Part shown: positions 55,801 to 64,000 of the stretch, one piece after another
How positions within the stretch are numbered: position 1 is the first letter of the stretch
Layout: the number at the start of each line of letters is the position of its first letter
Made by a program: the position numbers and the translations under genes
Notes under the pieces: model-generated
What the model was told of the DNA's origin: nothing
Databases searched by the model: none
Seen by the model: only the letters and a program-made list of their open reading frames with translations
DNA from: Bugula neritina
Taxonomy: Eukaryota > Animalia > Bryozoa
Direction: 5' to 3'
Length of the DNA stretch: 64,000 nucleotides
NCBI GenBank assembly: GCA_964035545.1
Contig: OZ037767.1
Location: forward strand, 7,946,581-8,010,580

Positions 55801-58800
55801 TAGCTTAGCTAAACTAAAAAAATGTATGCTGCACTTGTCCCATCCCTATAACTTATACTATGTGTTTTTATTATTGTTTGTCAGTATAAATGCGGTGGTC
55901 ACAACTGGGCCAGTGTATCTTCTGACGTAACATTTGCAAGAGCTTGTGGAGTTACCCCCTCTACACAGGTCACATGTACTGTAATGGCTGTAGTAGCAGG
56001 AGATGCTAGTCAGGAAGTGAATCAGACTATACTAACAAGAAATACAGGTACTTCTAATTATAAATTAAAATTTTTCAATATGTGGTTCGCAGAATTCTAG
56101 GTAATTTTTCTTTTTATATGTTATATTTAAATAATTACCACTCAACCAATACATTAGTGATTATTCCTTTTAGTATACTAAGAACTTTTGTTTTTTGTTT
56201 GCTTTAATATATTAATCCAAACTATAATCTTGTTTTTAGCTGTGGGAACTTTGCATTAGTAAAAAGAATTCATAATCAATATAAATCATATAAATAAAAT
56301 TAGCATAGGATAAATAAATTAGAATAATATAGAAAAAGCTATTCAAATGTTCAAACTTGGCATACTGCCTATATAGGACATATTATTTGTTGTAGCTTCC
56401 ATAGCATTGACACTTATATTATAGTTTTAACATGATGGGTCTGACAGACTATAAAATTTGCCTATATTTTTTAAACTTTAAACAATAAATTTAAAAATAA
56501 TAATATATAGGCTTGTTTGAGTTTTATGCACACTTATCCATAAACGTTAAGTAGTCATTTTGTTTAGTTTATTTAAAATATACTCAGTTACATTGGTTTT
56601 TGGGTAGCAGATCAGCTGTTGCAAGCACTTTCTCAGAATTTTTTATTTTATAATTTATGTTAAGGTGACAGTGGCTATAGAACTTCAGCTATAATATGGT
56701 CAGTTAGTCTACATAAGCCTCTCACAGCTACTCTTTATAAAAATTCGAAGTATAATAAAATAATTAAACGAGGAAAATATAAAACTACATGAACATTTTA
56801 GCCCATTGTTTTTTATTTATGATAACCATGCATTCAAAAATTTACGGAGATAATGAATAAATAATAAATAGTAAGTTGCATTTAAAGTTAGCCAATTTAG
56901 CATTATCTTAATCATTTTAGGTAGCTGCAACATTGCCTATAAGAAGTATACCAACCAGCTGGATAATTATAATTCTGCTAATAGATTCCCAGCAAGTCTA
57001 GCAGTCAATGGAATTATTAATAATGAAAGTGATTTCACTCACACATTAAGTAGTAACAGTGGAGACAAGTGGTGGAGGCTGGACCTTGGAATATCTTATC
57101 AGATTGGAAGAATTGAGTTATACAACAGGTTGGGAGATTCTGGAAAAGCCGCCAAGCATTGTAAGTTTATTCAAATGTCTTTATATTTGTGTAGTTTTTT
57201 TTTCAAATTTGGAACAAGTCTAAGCAATTTCGAAGTATAATATATTACGGTATGTCTCATTCATGCAGTTTTTTTGTAATCATTCTGCAATGATTACTAA
57301 AAACAACTAAAGCATACATTAATATTTTAAAATTGTCTAGATTTGCTTCAAATTTGAAAAAGAGTAGAAGACTGCAATTATGCTTATAAAAGGACAAATT
57401 AATTAGTGATTTGGTTGCTGCAGTTCAACATTTAAATATTACAAAAAAGGACACTAAATGTAGTTATAACAAAATAGTTAACGAATGAAATGAATATGCA
57501 TTAAGTTGAGCGAGAATAAGTTAAAGGTGACAAAGTTGAATAAAATATTTTTTTTATTCCTAATTTGCAGTGAGATGACCTAAATTAGTTTGCATTTGAA
57601 TGGCTGTAAACAAAGTTTGTACATATGCTCTACCTGTGTTGTGGTCAGGCAATATACATAAGTCATTTTACTTAATTTAGTACACATTGGAAATCTCCAG
57701 TTTTCAGCTATTTTTTACATTTTAGCTGCTAATAAACAAAGGTTTTTGCCCAAAACTAGTAAAGTATAAATGAACATCCTAAATAATTGAAGTTCTTCTT
57801 AATTTTACTTGATTTCCCATGCATTTTTTCTATTTATTCTGCTACTTCTGATTGCAGACCATTACGGTTTTTTTTCGTAAAAGCTCGCAATCCAAGTTAC
57901 TTAAATAAATAGGAAAAACATGGGAAATCAAGCAAAATTAAGAAGAACTTTGATTATTTATATGTATTTATAAATATTTTACTGATTTTGGGCAAAAACT
58001 CATGTTCATTAGCAACTAAATTGTGAAAAATAGCTAAAAAATGGAGATTTCCAGTGTGTACTAAATTACGTAAAATGACCCATATATGAGTAAAACTGAG
58101 CATTATTTTGAGGCTTTTTACTGACTTGATTGTTATTATTTACTTTTTGCTTTATTTGCTATAGCAACAAATTTGCATGTGAATCATTGGGATGCATTAA
58201 ATTATTGCTTAGTAATTGTTCAACAATTAAAAAGTAGCCATGGCCAAAAAATACTTTTAGTGAAAATTATAGTGTGAGAGACTCATGAAGTGAAAAATTA
58301 GTTCTTTTAGTAATGATACATTATCTGTTCATTGCTATTAGTTTCGTATTTCATTTATTTTTGTAGAAGTATATTATATAAGTATTATATTTTTCTTATA
58401 TATTAAGACGATGCTGAAATAACATTTTTTCCTCAGAATGGATGTTTTGCTAGCTCTATATTCTTTTTAAAGATTACAGACTTGTGAAGATATCAGTGTT
58501 GACATCAGATGTCTATTCACCTGGTCCACCATCTTTAAGTGCTACCACCTGGACAGTAAGAGATGGTCCCAATAGTAAAGCATATGGACCCGTTAGGATC
58601 ATAGAGTTTAGTCCACAGATATCTGCAAGACATGTTGCTGTGTACAGTGAAAGTACTGAGCCTCTCTCTTTGACAGAAGTAACGGTGTATGAGTCAAGTA
58701 AGTAATACTATATTAATTATTATTATTATAATTGGTGAAACAATGTGTGTTAATTATTATCTTACTTATGAGAAATATACTTTTCTTCTTTCTATTGTGT

Positions 58801-61800
58801 GTATTTATTTAAGATAGAATGTTAATTTCTTTTTTCAATTAAAATAGCTTATGATGATAGTTTTACCAAAACAGTTTCTCGAAACCTGTAGATTCTTTAC
58901 TCTTTATATGAAACCAGTAGCTATAGTGCGAATACCTGATGTAAGCAGCTTATATAGCAGTTGCCTAGTCAACTGTGTATGACAACTATTATTTTTGAAT
59001 AATTCAAAGTTGTATAATGTTGCTTTTCTAACAACTATAATTGTTGTTTGAAGATTCTTTAACCAAATCCCTGAACTCTCAACTAACCAACACTTCCTCT
59101 GACTGTATGAATTTTACTTGGGATCAGCCACAACTGGCAGCAATAGAATCCATAGCTAGATACGAGGTATAGTAGTTTCTATTTTTAATAACATCATTAA
59201 ATTTTGTTTAATAGTTTTGAAAGCTGTGTGGTAATTTTTTCTAACTTGGTTATTTACATAAAACTATGTGTTTATGATGTTTCAACGATAGAACCTTTAT
59301 ATTTCTTAAAAATGTATAAAATACTAAGTTATTTTGCATGTTTTGCAAACTTTAGTGGAATTGTACCGACAAGGAGTGGATCATTGTGACAGGGAATAAC
59401 CAATCTTTCACTAGATTTTCATGTAACTATCAGCCATACACCAACGTGACTTGTATGGTGGCTGTACTGATAAAAAATGGAGCTAGTCAGATGGAAACAA
59501 GATCAGCATATACTAGTTGTGCAAGTGAGTGCATGTATCATTACTAGTTATAATGGCTTTTGACAAAAAGTTATCGAAACTAGTAGGACTATTTGTATAG
59601 CTGTAGTGAAAATTATGTTTTGTAGTTTTCACTACTAACTATCTTAGTTTACTTTTAGCTGTGTATATGTAGCAACATGTGGTGCGTCTTCAGTAACAAT
59701 TTGCACCCAATTGAGAAAACCAGATGCTATTTGGTTCAAACTGATGTTTGATCTTCTTTTTATAATTTGATGTATTTATTAGCTTTTGAATAATCAATTT
59801 TTCAGAATTCCAAGTCATTTTGAAACAGATACGGTAATGATACACTGCATTTATTTTTCTCGTAATAATAAATTGCAAAGGTTGAATATAATCTGTAACC
59901 TAATTGTGACTTATTATTATTCTATTATATAATTAGTAGTATCTGCTGGTGCTTACTCTCTGTAGATCCAGATCCACCAGGTGTAGTTGCTACAAGTGAT
60001 TTAGACAAGGAGAAGTCTGAAGAGTTGGGCAGAGAAACTTGGAAGTACACTATTAAATGGAATGTGAGTTTCTATCATTTCAATCTACTAATCTAACATG
60101 CTGAGTCTACTATTGGAGTTCATTTAAAAGCTTACTATTGCAAATTGAGCTCTATTTCTACAGAAGTTCAAAGCAAAATATCTCCAAAAAAGCAATTTTT
60201 TTTTTAAAATTACTAATTTAGATTTTATACTGGTTTCAAGATGTGTAGCTTAGTTTTAGCTTGAGCTTCTATTGGAGCTTAAAATCTGGGTCTGGCTTTG
60301 TGATTGAAAATTTTATTGTAAACTCATAAAACACTTAATCAACTTTGAAATTATAAAGAAATATTTTAAATTCTCTTGATTTGATCTGATTAGTTTTTAT
60401 GACTGGAATCGCAAATGCATTAGTAGTTCCAGTTAAGTACTGAAATAAGTGGTGTTCAAGTGAATGGTTATATGCTAGTTAGCAAGGAATTTGCTAAATC
60501 TATTTTATATACATGCATGTTGAGTTTTCAAGCTAAAATGTTGTGTATTAAATTTGGAATTTACAAATTGATTCTATTAAGTTACATAAATAAACCCATG
60601 CAGATTTATAAAAAGCAGTTTGTAGTCTATTGATATCATACTGATAAGATAGGTTGATGACCTTTTACAATTTTGACATTTAAACAGGTTGGTTTATGAA
60701 AACATATATATCCCCCCCCCTTCAGAGAAAAGTAAATTCAGTAATAAAGAAATGAGAAAATAAACTCTGTTCTGGAGAGAACATGTAGCAAAGGAAGTTA
60801 TTAACAAAACTCTTTAAAGAAAATTAAAAGAACTTACCCTTGTTCACGCATTGCCGTACCGTGAGCTGTAACAGGAAATGTAACATCCGGGCTGAATCGT
60901 ACCCTGGTATATGCTGCAGAGTTAATCAAGCAGTGCTTGATTTAAAAATTCACGGCTGGCTCCCATTGGGTAGAGTTGATCTGGTACTAAAATTTAAAGA
61001 ATATTTTCGCTAGTTTATTTTAATCGATTATTGTTGATTTAATTTAACTAATTCAAAATTTTTGAAAGATAAAAAATTTTTATCCGGCTTGTTTAAATTA
61101 AACTCAGCTTAAAAATTTAGCTTTCCCTAGTCACAAAAGCAGGCAAACCAAAAATTTAAAAATTATTTGGATGGCTAAAATATTTATTATTCAAATTAGT
61201 TTGTACAATTATTTTAAGGACACATATACTTGAAAAAGAGATTTTTTCTTTTAATTGCTTTTATGTAGTCAATAGCTTTTCTATCATAATTATCTTTTGA
61301 GAAGAATGTTGCGACAAATAAGTGAATAAGATTCAAAGGCCACAAGTCACCGCAGGCAAGAATTAGCCTTATTATAATTGGTCACAGCTCAATGTCATGC
61401 GTTGTAATTTTACGTCAGTGTGTGAACGCCTGTTGACAAAACGTAACAGCAGCGCCATTTTGTTTGTGCTGTTACAGCGTACTATACGGCAATTTGTAAA
61501 CAGGAAGTTAGGCATAATGAAATTTCTCCACTACTGTACCAAACTACGAAAAAAACTCTGACACTCCTATATATAACTCATGAATAAAAAAGTTTCAAAT
61601 ATGGTTGAAAAATTGAACAATTAATAATTCAAAAACTTAATGAAAGTGAAACTCCTGTAAATTATTATACCTAAACAATGTAGCAATTTTCAATATATGA
61701 ATATCCCTTTTCTGGTGCACTAATAATACATGGCTTATAGTATAATTCAAATTTAATTAAAATTGAAATATTTTCAATTTTTAGCCTCCTAGCAGAGTGA

Positions 61801-64000
61801 ACTGCCATGGCACAATATCATACATCTACAATAATAACAACACAGAAACTACTGAAGTGACTGATAATACATTCTATACAGCACATTTAGATGGAGGTCA
61901 GCTGTATAACTTTACTATCTGGTCTAGAAACTCACATGGACTATCTACACCAATAGTGAGGGTCTGGAGAGCTGATGAGCTAGGTGAGCATATCATATTA
62001 CCTCTATATAAGGTGACACAGTATATGGCAAATATGTTATTATTACTGGTATCTAAAAGACTGGCTGATTAAAATAATATTATGTTTTAGCTCCACAATT
62101 TGAAGAAAATGATATAGAAATAGCTACCAACTCGTCTCAGTGTATTCAATTGACAGTTAAAGGATTTAAATACCCAGGTGGAAATATAACTACATTTCAG
62201 GTATGACTGAGCTACTGTAAAATATACTTATAACTGCAGTTTCTTTGTCCCTACTGGTAGCTCTTTTGTAATTTTACCTACAATGTTGCTACTTTGAGTT
62301 CTGGCAATTTATTTTTGCTGATGCATTATAACATAAAAAGATATTTAAAAGCAAATAATTTGTTTTATAAAGTGATATTAAAATATTCAATCTACGATAA
62401 GGAGATCTTTGTTTTATTATTAAAAAAAATTAAATAGTTAATGTTTTACCTCTTAAAAGTACAGATATACTAAAAGCAGTCAAACTTTTGCTTTGTACAC
62501 TAGTAATATTCGACTCACACTATTGTTTTTATCCTATTTGTTTACAAAATTATTTAAACATGCAGTGTGATGAAATGAAAACTATTTATATAATAAATCT
62601 TAAAAAGTTTGCAGCTGTGATGGTTTTGAGTGTGATCTTTAATATTATATTAGGCTCAGATCAATCTATTGCAAACTGTAGCTATATAACCTGCTACACT
62701 TTTTGTTTCCTAAGCGTTTGAAATTGTACAATGTCAGATGCTATATATAATACATACACCTACATTATTATTAATCCAGAGCAAATGTAGTGAAGAAAGT
62801 ACATGGACTGATCTTGACCTTAACCAAGAAACAGCAAGAAGTGTGTGTATCTACAGTCCCTATTCTGCAGTAAGCTGTGAAGTAAAAGCAAATAACAGTG
62901 CTGGGGTTACAACAGAAGTTAAAAACATCTCAACTCTTTGTGCAGGTTGTCTAGTATATGTTTGCTTGTATTTTAACAGCTAGCTTGTTGTTCCCATCAC
63001 ACACTAATAGTAGAAACTCATGCAAGTTTATTGTCATTATTCCTGTAAATGTTTTTAACGCAGACTAAGAATCCATTCCGATGTAACACAGGAGTAATTA
63101 TGACTGGGCGCTTTTTCGGGCATAACCAATTGTCTTTACTCGGATTCGAACCCATGACTTTCTGTTCACTAAGTTAATGCTCTAACACCCAGTTGCTTTC
63201 TCACAGCACACTAGCTAATATCATGTGCATGCTACACAGATATGAAACTTTGTGCCCCAAATTCTTAAAGGGTGCATTTAAACAATATCGCTGTTGCTAC
63301 TCGTACAATATTATAATAATATACGTAACAGAAGTTGAACATTTTTGAACATGACTTGTTGGTTATTTGCTATTTCTATTTGAGGCGGATTAAATTTATA
63401 TTGTCTTAGTTATGCCTGAACTTTTTTTTATAAACTGTTACCTGATATTAAAAAATGCAGTTTAATAGAGTGCGACTGTTGTATAATGAGATTTTGAATT
63501 TCAGATCCAGAATTAATTGGAGAAATAGAACTGTATCAAGATTACATTTCTGAAAACAACACCAGAACTATCACTGTTAACATGACGCAGGTTAGTTATA
63601 AAAAGTATAGGTTGATACAGTGTCAGATAGATGTTTTAGATTTAGTAATGTTGTAGTACATTATAATATACTACTGTATTTTAATAAATATGAAACATGC
63701 ACAAACACTATAATAATCCAGTAACACAGTATGTCACAAATTTTTAACTATGTATATAAAAGTGGCAATGCATTATTTTTCATGCAACCTTTCAAATATA
63801 TAAGATATAATGCATTGAATGAATAATGAAGTATTTGCAATTTTTTGTTCAAATCATTATGCAGGTCAGTTATTTGAAATCTTGTTATGATTACCTTTTC
63901 TCTTTATTTAGGTAAACATAAATTGACTGCAGTTGATGTGACTGTGACTATGCTTCAATATTTGTTTTCTTCAACTCAATCTCCTAGAATGACAACCTTT
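46777..64000 (+). CDS. Gene C: F-type lectin x3 / FN3 receptor-like protein with a longer FN3 stalk, 3' end outside the window
   Basis: Exons: 46777-46852 (signal peptide), 50831-51037, 51293-51529, 52201-52304, 52867-53032, 53588-53809, 54213-54434, 55083-55192, 55885-56047, 56921-57160, 58473-58697, 59054-59166, 59356-59524, 59966-60063, 61785-61983, 62091-62200, 62780-62945, 63505-63590. All are GT-AG with matching phases, giving 971 open codons. No TM exon appears before the window ends. Confidence 0.88.
57658..58083. mobile_element. Palindromic MITE (GTCATTTTAC..AATTTAGTACAC TIR), gene C intron 10
   Basis: Long imperfect inverted repeat. Empty site in gene A at about 3370-3400. Confidence 0.8.
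60831..61509. mobile_element. Non-autonomous TIR element, gene C intron 14
   Basis: Imperfect TIRs of about 40 bp: aactt..cctgtt.ac..attgccgta..gt..gctgtaacag and its reverse complement. Confidence 0.6.
63015..63200 (-). mobile_element. Diverged SINE copy, gene C intron 17
   Basis: B box GGTTCGAATCC on the minus strand, plus the family core aattatgactgg. Confidence 0.65.

Noticed and set aside
63841-64000. Next exon of gene C
   Set aside because: The acceptor at 63911 gives a stop in the required phase 0. An alternative acceptor at 63987 leaves only 13 nt in the window. Cannot be resolved.

Overview
AT-rich eukaryotic DNA with spliceosomal introns, most likely from an invertebrate animal. 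The window holds a cluster of three paralogous multi-exon genes for predicted type I membrane receptors with the architecture signal peptide-(F-type lectin/FTP domain-FN3)x3-FN3 stalk-TM-Tyr-containing tail. Gene A (minus, ATG 25463) runs off the left edge. Gene B (minus, 42043-26567) is complete: 18 coding exons, about 1069 aa, one GC-AG intron. Gene C (plus, ATG 46777) runs off the right edge. I rebuilt the exons by hand from splice sites and phase. The 76-nt signal-peptide exons and many short exons are not in the ORF track. The paralogs differ mostly in the predicted ligand-binding loops, their introns form a patchwork suggesting ectopic recombination, and their stalks differ in length. 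Together this looks like a diversifying recognition-receptor family; an immune or allorecognition role is inference. The introns are crowded with transposons: a Rex1/Babar LINE interrupted by a TA-target DNA element, a CR1/L2-type RT fragment, a 2.1-kb foldback, MITEs, tRNA-derived SINEs, a solo LTR and a degenerate hammerhead palindrome. A decayed hAT transposase lies between B and C. I found no CRISPR arrays, rRNA or bona fide tRNA genes.
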